Virus record (IMG/VR): IMGVR_UViG_3300037991_001232
Location: 1-28,667 of that record
Source: a virus
Lineage: Duplodnaviria; Caudoviricetes
Strand: one strand, 5' to 3'
Length of the DNA stretch: 28,667 nucleotides
The position numbers and the translations under genes are program-made. Shown here one piece after another: positions 9,701-16,731 of this stretch. How positions within the stretch are numbered: the first letter of the stretch is position 1; every line of letters starts with the position of its first letter. Under the pieces are notes generated by a model. It ran no database searches and had not been told where the DNA came from. It worked only from the letters and a program-made list of their open reading frames with translations.

Positions 9701-10791
9701 CTTTTGAAGTTACAATTGGGGGTCATAATAGAGGAACAACAACACACAGAAGTCAATTGTTTTCATTCAGAAAATATGTTGGAGTAATACAAAACACAAA
9801 CAATTCTGGAAATATAAATGCAAAAGAAACCACAATTGAAATACAAAAAGAATCTTCAGACTTTTCAAATTACCAATTTAAAATTGTAAACGGAATTTCA
9901 ACCTTTCAAGATTCACAATATATTGATGATGGAATGTTCTGTTTTTCAATTAACACAAATGGTTGCACTAAACTGGATGATGTGGATTGGACAATTGATT
10001 TTAAATATACATTGATTGGACTTCAAAACATGGGAAGGTCTGCTGGTTCAACTATCTTTGCACCAACTTCAATTAATGGTTGTTTGTTGTGGCTTGATGC
10101 ATCAGACTATTCAACTTTGACATTTGACACTGGAAGCACTTCTGATGTTGAACAATGGGATGATAAGTCTGGAAACAATCATCATGTGCAAGTTGTTGTC
10201 AATGGTTCTTTTCCAACTTACAATGATGAAATTTTTGACCCTTTCCTTCAATTTGGTGCATCTAATGTTGGAATGGTCAATTTAGATTCCAGCTTGTATA
10301 ATTATTCAGACACAGAAAACACAATCTTTGTTGTGTTTAAAGCAGACACATCATCTGATGGTGGAAGGTATGGTCATCATATTGCTGGTGATTCATATCG
10401 TGGAAGACAATCAAATGGAATCTTTGGTGAAGCAAATTCAGATTTAGGTGGTGGTGGTGTTGGACATATAGGTTATTGCAATAATGGTGGTGACAGAACT
10501 TGTGATTCAAACAACATTGCACCAACAACAAAACAAGTTGTGTGTGGAACATTTGATGGTTCTTCAACTTGCAAGTTTTACAATCAAAATGGTTTGCAAA
10601 CAACAACTTCAACTGGTGTGACAACATCATCAAAAGACCAGTTTGCAGTTGGTGGTGGCAAGTTTAGTTCCACAGTTGTTAATTCAGAATTTGATGGTAA
10701 AATTTATGAAGTGATTGCCTATGATACTGAATTGACAGATGCACAAAGGGAACAAGTATTCAACTATTTAACAACAAAATGGAACACATAA
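6775..10791 (+). CDS. Large tail tip/baseplate hub-fibre protein with C-terminal LamG-like domain
   Basis: 1338 aa; N-terminal DIQDFSNNKGSHTYNFRVP hub-like motif; GxxN repeats in the second half; C-terminal LLWLDASD...WDDKSGNN...FDGKIYEVIAYD. Confidence 0.75.
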   Translation: MATTIKAQVQYSSTSSPTYETDFVILELSDDQPVNANYQFKDIQDFSNNKGSHTYNFRVPSTPRNDMFFNQYFEVTQSGNYNPKVKVNATIQKDGLDIFRGYLQLVNVYCKNDDAYSYECIVFNNIGQLGQLLSARKLSSFDWDTYDHLMTINNITESMNRDVTPFKNGDIVYSLFDYGSMFVGGDEVGSIQMTQSPIDVRKLKPQLRVSKIFSTIMEQIGYTYESDFIDNEITDLYMDLNNGEYSINTLNQDYYNINANTVGQTAQTFTSELFQTIPLEFSNATLNSSGNWDTSTSVYSPDNLWNEVQIQCTISLDVSPSTGLDSNSTFRLMVWEVNGAGNLVDSIYSSPLTAIYDDGTGASSFIWFQESLAIDTSLEYQIVLQQWNPSASAGNTLTVLVGQLQITPLASEGLPYYVPNGLQVMGLNASFTFKTALNMPDMNAIDFVTSLCKKFNLVVIPDEFIDTHFQIIPYKDWIDMGNDVDWTSKLDTSKDVQLKPTVELQAKNLTFTDDKSDDAWNKMFFNASSRIYGSVEIQNDNDFGKDKQEIKTVFKPTITRFIWGTGFKNTICYEEGDKNAGGARLSWYCGYQYSTTVVGEMYYLREGETGGSQGNSKYAVLQNWKDAEPTSTTEAISFQGEYTYELGYPLTQGVYNTYWRRFVEETYSRDARLLVGHFHLTSIDIMSMNFNDIVLVKNEFFRINKITNYPLMGTGTCKVELIKVKRSPLLVLPDAIDCEASFTGGINADGTTIWNDNNNWGSTPVIPTESCCIAQGFTFVDGNCYNIPYGGKPPKPDIQNDSSLGGNNAMTGIMNHVVGHNNNISSFSTIKGSQNTMDINSSHMEISGDENLVFDGTTRSKITGSNNKLQPYSMQLDGTRLKTFVLQSHKNTNMIGDYGISLASGDVFISGGADKLYNTVGRSGSGQFIKQGWTTGEETILIGQNGEFTLDRTSNDLFFSSQGTNMFRLQYPSYITFEVTIGGHNRGTTTHRSQLFSFRKYVGVIQNTNNSGNINAKETTIEIQKESSDFSNYQFKIVNGISTFQDSQYIDDGMFCFSINTNGCTKLDDVDWTIDFKYTLIGLQNMGRSAGSTIFAPTSINGCLLWLDASDYSTLTFDTGSTSDVEQWDDKSGNNHHVQVVVNGSFPTYNDEIFDPFLQFGASNVGMVNLDSSLYNYSDTENTIFVVFKADTSSDGGRYGHHIAGDSYRGRQSNGIFGEANSDLGGGGVGHIGYCNNGGDRTCDSNNIAPTTKQVVCGTFDGSSTCKFYNQNGLQTTTSTGVTTSSKDQFAVGGGKFSSTVVNSEFDGKIYEVIAYDTELTDAQREQVFNYLTTKWNT

Positions 10792-11021
10792 AAATAAGAA
10801 CATCAAAGAAAGCAGACTTGTCAAAAATAAAAGTAATTGACATGACCAATATGTTTGAATATTGGACTGGTGCAATGTTAATCATTCCACAAGCAATCAA
10901 AGGAATTGATGTTGTTGATTATAAAAACAACAAGTGTCTGACATGGTATGAAAGACAGAAACTACATCATGACCAAATTATGGAAGAATTTAAAAACATA
11001 TTCAAATGGCAGAAGAAATAG
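10779..11021 (+). CDS. Hypothetical protein
   Basis: 80-aa ORF overlapping both neighbours. Confidence 0.65.
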   Translation: MEHIKIRTSKKADLSKIKVIDMTNMFEYWTGAMLIIPQAIKGIDVVDYKNNKCLTWYERQKLHHDQIMEEFKNIFKWQKK

Positions 11022-12835
11022 TTGTTGACATAGAATTTAAAACGAATGTCAAGAAGATTTCAAAAGATTTGGATTCAGTGAAAGATTCACTTGCTGAAAC
11101 AAATCAAAATCTTGAAGACATTGCAAAGACTGGAAAAGGAACAGAAACTGCAATTGGCAAGATTGGAAAAGGTTTCAAAGGAATGGGACTTGCAATGAAA
11201 GGTCTTGGAATTGGATTGATTGTTACTGCTTTCAATGCTCTTAAAGACATAATGATGTCAAATCAAACAGTGATGGATGGCGTTGCAATAGCAACTGAAA
11301 CAATTGGTGTTGTATTCAATCAAGTTGTATCAGTTGTCACAGATGTTTACAATGCAGTGTCTGAATCAACTGAAGGCTTTGAAGGCTTAAAAGCAGTTGG
11401 AATGGGTTTAATAAGTTTAGTGATTGAACCTTTAAAACTTGGATTCTATGCAATACAATTGGGTGTTCAGTCAGCAATGTTGGCTTGGGAAGATTCGTTT
11501 TTTGGTGGTGGTGATGAAGCTAAAATGGCTAAATTAAGAGAAGATATTGGTGCAACAAAAGATGCAATTGCAGACACTACTGATGCAATAAAAGAAGCTG
11601 GAAGTGAAATTGTTTCTAATCTTGGTGAAGCAGTCACAGAAATTGGTTCTGTTGTTACTATTGCAACTGACACTGCTGTTGAAGGTGTGAAAAATATTTC
11701 TATTGCTGGTGCAATTGAAACTGGAAAAGCACTTGCAGATGCAAAGAAGAATGAAGAACTTCTTGAAGTGATGCGACAAAGACAACAAATGCAAAGTCAG
11801 TTGGATGCTGAATTGCAAAGGCAAATTCGTGATGATGTGTCTTTGACATTTGAAGAAAGAATCAAAGCAAATGAAGAACTTGGAAAAATACTGGATGAAC
11901 AACTGCAAAAAGAACAAGCAGTTGCAGATGAAAAAGTTCGAATTGCAAAACTTGAACTTGACACAAACAAAAACAGTGTTGAATTACAAACTGCATATCA
12001 ACAAGCACTTCTTGAACAAACAGACATTGAAGAAAGACTTGCTGGTCAAAGGTCAGAACAATTGACAAACACCAATGGTTTGATTCAAGAACAACAAGAT
12101 GCAATTGCAGAACTTGCATTGATTGGTCAAACAGAAAGGGAACAAGAATTCATTGCACTTGAACAAGACTATGCAGCAAAACTTGAACTTGCAAGAAAAG
12201 CTGGTGTTGATGATTTAATTGTCACAGAAGAATATGAAGCATCACTTCTGGCATTAAAAGAGAAGTTTAGACAAGAAGATTTGGAGGCACAAAAACAAGC
12301 TGATGCAGAAAAACTTGCAGCAGCAGAACTTCTTGCACAACAGAAGATGGAAGTTGAACAACAAGCATTTACACTTGCAAAATCATTGTTCAATGAATCA
12401 ACAAAGGCATATAAAATTTTTGCATTAACTGAAATTGGAATTGACACTGCCAGAGCAATATCTTCTTTGACTGCTAATTCAGAAGCGAATCCAGCCAATG
12501 CAGTGACATTTGGTGGTGCTGGTATTGCGCAATTTCTTGCTGGGATGATTAGAATTGTTGCAAATGTAAAGAAAGCAAAAGACTTATTGAAAGGTGGCAA
12601 AGTTACTGCTGGTGGTGGTGGTGGTGGTGGTGATGATGGTGGTGCAAGTAGTGCAGCATCAGCAGCAGTTGAAAGTGCTGCATCATTAGTTGACTTGTCA
12701 GACACACCATCATTGACAGAACAATTCAATCAGAACTTTACAAATGAACAACCAATTCAAGCATATGTGGTTGAACAAAATGTCACATCTGCACAACAAA
12801 TAAATGCACAAATTGAACAAAAATCAACACTTTAA
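11006..12835 (+). CDS. Tape measure protein
   Basis: 609 aa, helical Ala/Glu-rich, hydrophobic GMGLAMKGLGIGLIV stretch, long coiled coil, C-terminal PIQAYVVEQNVTSAQ. Confidence 0.85.
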   Translation: MAEEIVVDIEFKTNVKKISKDLDSVKDSLAETNQNLEDIAKTGKGTETAIGKIGKGFKGMGLAMKGLGIGLIVTAFNALKDIMMSNQTVMDGVAIATETIGVVFNQVVSVVTDVYNAVSESTEGFEGLKAVGMGLISLVIEPLKLGFYAIQLGVQSAMLAWEDSFFGGGDEAKMAKLREDIGATKDAIADTTDAIKEAGSEIVSNLGEAVTEIGSVVTIATDTAVEGVKNISIAGAIETGKALADAKKNEELLEVMRQRQQMQSQLDAELQRQIRDDVSLTFEERIKANEELGKILDEQLQKEQAVADEKVRIAKLELDTNKNSVELQTAYQQALLEQTDIEERLAGQRSEQLTNTNGLIQEQQDAIAELALIGQTEREQEFIALEQDYAAKLELARKAGVDDLIVTEEYEASLLALKEKFRQEDLEAQKQADAEKLAAAELLAQQKMEVEQQAFTLAKSLFNESTKAYKIFALTEIGIDTARAISSLTANSEANPANAVTFGGAGIAQFLAGMIRIVANVKKAKDLLKGGKVTAGGGGGGGDDGGASSAASAAVESAASLVDLSDTPSLTEQFNQNFTNEQPIQAYVVEQNVTSAQQINAQIEQKSTL

Positions 12836-12847
12836 ATTAAAATCAAA

Positions 12848-13648
12848 ATGACAAAAATAGTTGAATTAATTATTTCAGAAGAAGAAAAAGAAGACCAAGA
12901 TGGTGTCTTTGCAATCAGTTTAGTTGAAGACCCAGCCATTGATGAATATTGGGTTGCATTAAGCAAAGAAAAAAGACAATTGAAATTTGCAAAAGTAGAT
13001 GAAGACAAAAGACTTTTGATTGCACCAGCACTTGTTCCAAATAAACACATTTTCAGAATGGCTGATGATGGTTCTGATTATTATGTGTGGTTCAGTAAAG
13101 AAACAATCAAGAAAGCATCAGAATTGTACATGAAAAGAAATCATCTACAATCAGCAACATATGAACATGAAAAAGACATTGATGGATTGTGTGTTGTTGA
13201 ATCATGGGTCAAAGAATCAGTTGTTGACAAATCTGTCAAGTATGGATTTGAACATTGTCCAATTGGAACTTGGTTTGTTACAATGAAAGTTGAAAATGAT
13301 GAAGTGTGGAACAAAGTCAAGAATGGTGATGTTCTTGGATTCAGCATTGAAGGTTTCTTTACTGATAAAATGCAACAGATGTCAACACAATCATCTAATG
13401 AAGAAGCACAAATTCAGATGATAAAAGAAATGATTGAAGAAGCAGAAACAACATATCTGGATGCGTATGACTGGGACACTTGTGTTTCAGATATGATGAA
13501 GGAATATGGCAATGAAGAAACTGCAAAGAAAGTTTGTGCAGCAATCAAGAATAGGACAATTGCATACACACTTGTTCCAAAGATGAAAGAAGTGATTGAA
13601 AACGGATATAAAAAGAAATCATCAAAACGAAAGGAAAAAAAGAAATAA
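12848..13648 (+). CDS. Prohead protease (XkdF-like) with extra C-terminal mini-domain
   Basis: AISLVEDPAI, TYEHE, VVESW, GTWFVTMKVEN, VLGFSIEG motifs; upstream of scaffold and capsid genes. Confidence 0.85.
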   Translation: MTKIVELIISEEEKEDQDGVFAISLVEDPAIDEYWVALSKEKRQLKFAKVDEDKRLLIAPALVPNKHIFRMADDGSDYYVWFSKETIKKASELYMKRNHLQSATYEHEKDIDGLCVVESWVKESVVDKSVKYGFEHCPIGTWFVTMKVENDEVWNKVKNGDVLGFSIEGFFTDKMQQMSTQSSNEEAQIQMIKEMIEEAETTYLDAYDWDTCVSDMMKEYGNEETAKKVCAAIKNRTIAYTLVPKMKEVIENGYKKKSSKRKEKKK

Positions 13649-13665
13649 ATATCTTTAAACTATTG
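13629..13665 (+). promoter_or_regulatory. Putative late promoter, copy 2
   Basis: GAAAGGAAA(13629-13637)-N15-CTTTAAACTATTG(13653-13665), directly upstream of scaffold/capsid. Confidence 0.65.
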
Positions 13666-13683
13666 GAAATTAAATTCACACAC

Positions 13684-14289
13684 ATGGAAAACATTTATAA
13701 AGAAATGAAAGCACTTCTTGGATTCACTGAAGAACTTTCTGAAGAAAGCAACACAGAAGTCAAAATGATGGCTGAAAAAGTGTTGGTTGATGGTACTATT
13801 GTCATGACTGATTCAGACACATTTGAAGAAGGTGCATCAGTTTTTGTGATGGGTGACAATGAACAAAGAATTGCAGTTCCAGATGGTTCATATCAAGCTG
13901 AAGATGGTTCAGACATGGATGTGAAAGATGGAAAGATTGTTGCAATTTCTGAAGCAAAAGAAGAATCAGTTGATGAAGAATTATCTGCTGAAAATAAAGA
14001 AGAAGTTGTTGAAGAAACAACTGAAGAAGTTAAACCAGAAATTGACTTGTCATCTTATATGACAAAGCAAGATGGTTATGAACTTGGTAAAATGATTACT
14101 GAAGCAATTGATTTAAAGATTGCTGACTTAATAAAAGCACACAACACTGAACTTGAAAAAGTGAAGAAGTTGTCTGCAACAAAAACATTCAAGAATCAAC
14201 CATCAACAAAGAAATTTGTTGAAGCTAAAAAAACAGATGATGTTGATTCAAGAATTTTCGCAATCTTTAATAAAGTAAAAAACAAGTAA
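13684..14289 (+). CDS. Capsid scaffold protein
   Basis: Highly acidic; LVDGT...VPDGSY...VKDGKI motif then coiled coil; between protease and MCP; ATG 13684 preferred to TTG 13663. Confidence 0.7.
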   Translation: MENIYKEMKALLGFTEELSEESNTEVKMMAEKVLVDGTIVMTDSDTFEEGASVFVMGDNEQRIAVPDGSYQAEDGSDMDVKDGKIVAISEAKEESVDEELSAENKEEVVEETTEEVKPEIDLSSYMTKQDGYELGKMITEAIDLKIADLIKAHNTELEKVKKLSATKTFKNQPSTKKFVEAKKTDDVDSRIFAIFNKVKNK

Positions 14290-14290
14290 A

Positions 14291-15277
14291 ATGGCAAATA
14301 AGCAATACAATTTAACAAGTCCAACTGTTGGGACTGGTTCATGGACTTATGGTGGTGAATTAGCACTTCCATATATTCATGCAGCAGTAATTTCTGCACC
14401 AACTTTGCATGGTGGTAATGTTACACTTTTAGATGGTGTAAGATACAAAGCAATCATTCCAGTAATGGCAACTTCAAATTTGATTGAATCTGCTGCATGT
14501 AATTTTCAAACTACTGCAACAACTTCATTGACTGAAGCAGTTCTTGAAGTTACTGATTTAATGGTCAATTTAGAATTATGTAAAAATACATTCAATGTTT
14601 CAGACACTACTGGTTTAACTGGAAAAGCGTGGTGGCAAGGTGATGCATATTCAAATGAACAAGGTGTTCCAGATGATTATGCTGATGCTTTACTATTATA
14701 TGTTGCAAAATCAGTTCAAGCAGACATTGAACACAACATCTGGGATGGAAATGCAAATGGTTCATCATACAATTCATTCAATGGATTCAGATATTTAATT
14801 GCTGGTGCTGCTGATGCTGATGGTTCAGAACTTCCAGCATCACATGGTTTGGATGGTGCAAATGTAATTGCTGGTTTAAGACACATTGTTGCAAACATGC
14901 CAAGTGGATTGGTTGGTGACTTTGAAAATACATCAATATATGTAAGTCCAGCAACAATATCTGCTTACAATCTTGCAATAGGTCAAACTGGAAATGGTTA
15001 CAATGATGCATCTGCAAATGGTGGTCAAACAAACTTTGTTGGTTACAAGTTAGTTTCTTGTCCAGGAATGGCTGCTGGTCATGCATTAGTTGCACAAAAA
15101 TCAAATTTATTTGTTGGAATTGGAACTGCTGATTCTGATTCAATGGCACAAGCACTTGACATGACACCATTAGATGGTTCAAACAACTATCGCATTTCAA
15201 TGCGTTTTGCAGTTGGATGTCAAGTTGGTGTGAACAATGCATCTGATGTAATTTGGTTCATTCCATATTCAGAATAA
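14291..15277 (+). CDS. Major capsid protein
   Basis: 328 aa after the scaffold; VNLELCK, IEHNIWDG, FNGF motifs; followed by an intrinsic terminator. Confidence 0.85.
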   Translation: MANKQYNLTSPTVGTGSWTYGGELALPYIHAAVISAPTLHGGNVTLLDGVRYKAIIPVMATSNLIESAACNFQTTATTSLTEAVLEVTDLMVNLELCKNTFNVSDTTGLTGKAWWQGDAYSNEQGVPDDYADALLLYVAKSVQADIEHNIWDGNANGSSYNSFNGFRYLIAGAADADGSELPASHGLDGANVIAGLRHIVANMPSGLVGDFENTSIYVSPATISAYNLAIGQTGNGYNDASANGGQTNFVGYKLVSCPGMAAGHALVAQKSNLFVGIGTADSDSMAQALDMTPLDGSNNYRISMRFAVGCQVGVNNASDVIWFIPYSE

Positions 15278-15282
15278 TATTT

Positions 15283-15316
15283 TGAAAGGTGATGTCAAAG
15301 TCACCTTTCACTTTTT
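15283..15316 (+). terminator. Rho-independent terminator after MCP
   Basis: TGAAAGGTGA(15283-15292)/TCACCTTTCA(15301-15310) perfect 10-bp stem followed by CTTTTT. Confidence 0.85.
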
Positions 15317-15336
15317 AACTTTTTAAATAAAAACAA

Positions 15337-15972
15337 ATGGCTGGATGTAATATAACAAAAGGTAGAGGTTACTTTTGTGGTGGTCAAGTTGGTGGAATTA
15401 AAAGAATTTTTCTTGCTAATTTTTATGGTAGTGAAGCCATATGGAATGTTGTCACTGCAACAACTGACACAACTGACCCATTTGGGTATGTGACTGAAGT
15501 GTGGTGTGGTGACCAATGGTCTTATGAAAAGACTGGTCAACAAGACTTTTATGAATTTGATTTGGACAGACAAATGTCTTCCTTTAATCAAACAATCTTG
15601 ACTGGAAAAGGTGGTGCAATAGCATACCAAACTGAACTTGAATTGCACTTGTCACATGATTCAACTGAATCATGGATGCGAATGCAAAATGTTGTTGAAG
15701 GATTGTGGCAAGTAATTATTGAAGACAACAATGGTGTCTTCTATCTTGCTGGTGTTGAAAATGGAATTGAAGTTTCTGGTGGGTCTTATGCACATGGTGG
15801 TGATGTTGCTTATGGTGACTATGTTGGATATGTAGTTAGCATGATTGGTGCTGAACCATTACCAGCATACAATCTTGGAACAGAAACACCATTTGGTTCT
15901 GCAAGATGGGATGTTGCAGACACTGGTCAATTAGCTTTAACAGAAACGCAATATAATACACCACAAGTTTAA
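15337..15972 (+). CDS. Major tail (tube) protein
   Basis: GCNITKGR...C...VGGIKRIFLAN N-terminus and IIEDNNGVFYLAG motif; flanked by terminators. Confidence 0.75.
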   Translation: MAGCNITKGRGYFCGGQVGGIKRIFLANFYGSEAIWNVVTATTDTTDPFGYVTEVWCGDQWSYEKTGQQDFYEFDLDRQMSSFNQTILTGKGGAIAYQTELELHLSHDSTESWMRMQNVVEGLWQVIIEDNNGVFYLAGVENGIEVSGGSYAHGGDVAYGDYVGYVVSMIGAEPLPAYNLGTETPFGSARWDVADTGQLALTETQYNTPQV

Positions 15973-15996
15973 AAATTGTTTGGTTGATTAATAATT

Positions 15997-16029
15997 GAAG
16001 GTGGTGGTTTGTTCCATCACCTTTTTTTT
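15997..16029 (+). terminator. Rho-independent terminator after tail tube gene
   Basis: AAGGTGGTGG(15998-16007)/CCATCACCTT(16014-16023) stem with one G-U pair, then a T run to 16029. Confidence 0.85.
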
Positions 16030-16040
16030 ATCTTTATACT

Positions 16041-16226
16041 ATGAAAATAAAAAAAGAATGTATTGGTTTATCATTTAAAATTGGTGGCAAGAAAATCATC
16101 TTGTCAGATATTATGACTGAAAGAGATTTCAAATATGTCCAAAATGTTGCACCACATTTTTTTATTGAAGACAAACCAAAGAAAAGTGCAAAGAAAAAAG
16201 AAGTTGAATCTGATGAATTAGAATAA
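16041..16226 (+). CDS. Small hypothetical virion-module protein
   Basis: 61 aa with Lys-rich tail; stop 1 nt before the next ATG. Confidence 0.65.
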   Translation: MKIKKECIGLSFKIGGKKIILSDIMTERDFKYVQNVAPHFFIEDKPKKSAKKKEVESDELE

Positions 16227-16227
16227 G

Positions 16228-16731
16228 ATGCTGCATTTAAGAAGTTCAGATGGTTATCAGAATATATTTTCACTTGATGTTTATGGTGAATTATATGGAA
16301 ACACTATAAATTCAACAACATCTTCTTCACCAAATGTGCAATATGTTCCAACTTCACCATTTTTGGTTGTTGCAGAAACAACTTGGTATATAAAGTTGAC
16401 AGAACAAGCAACATCAAAAGAATACTTCACAGAGCTTGGATATACACCATATGGTCTTGGTAATTTTCCAAGAAGCAGACAGTTTTTTTTGTATCTTGAT
16501 GACTATGTTGGAAGCTACCATTTGAATATTGCCACAACTGGTTTGTATAATTATGAAGTGTTTTGGGGTGCAGTTGGCGCAACAAATCCAAATGATTCAC
16601 AAATTACTGCATCAGTTTGTGTTGGCATGGCTTTAGTTCACAATGACAACTTTGAAAACAACTATTTCCAGAATTCAGAAAATGGTGTGGAAGAATTAAC
16701 AATACCAACAACAATTGCATACAATGGATAA
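16228..16731 (+). CDS. Putative head-closure/structural protein
   Basis: 167-aa beta-rich ORF (TGLYNYEVF...VCVGMALV) overlapping the portal start. Confidence 0.5.
   Translation: MLHLRSSDGYQNIFSLDVYGELYGNTINSTTSSSPNVQYVPTSPFLVVAETTWYIKLTEQATSKEYFTELGYTPYGLGNFPRSRQFFLYLDDYVGSYHLNIATTGLYNYEVFWGAVGATNPNDSQITASVCVGMALVHNDNFENNYFQNSENGVEELTIPTTIAYNG

Noticed and set aside
10060-10791. Diversity-generating retroelement target in the tail-tip lectin domain
   Set aside because: No reverse transcriptase and no template/variable repeat pair visible.
12611-12643. (GGT)n tandem repeat in the tape measure gene
   Set aside because: In-frame poly-Gly linker; length changes would not shift frame, so no sign of phase variation.
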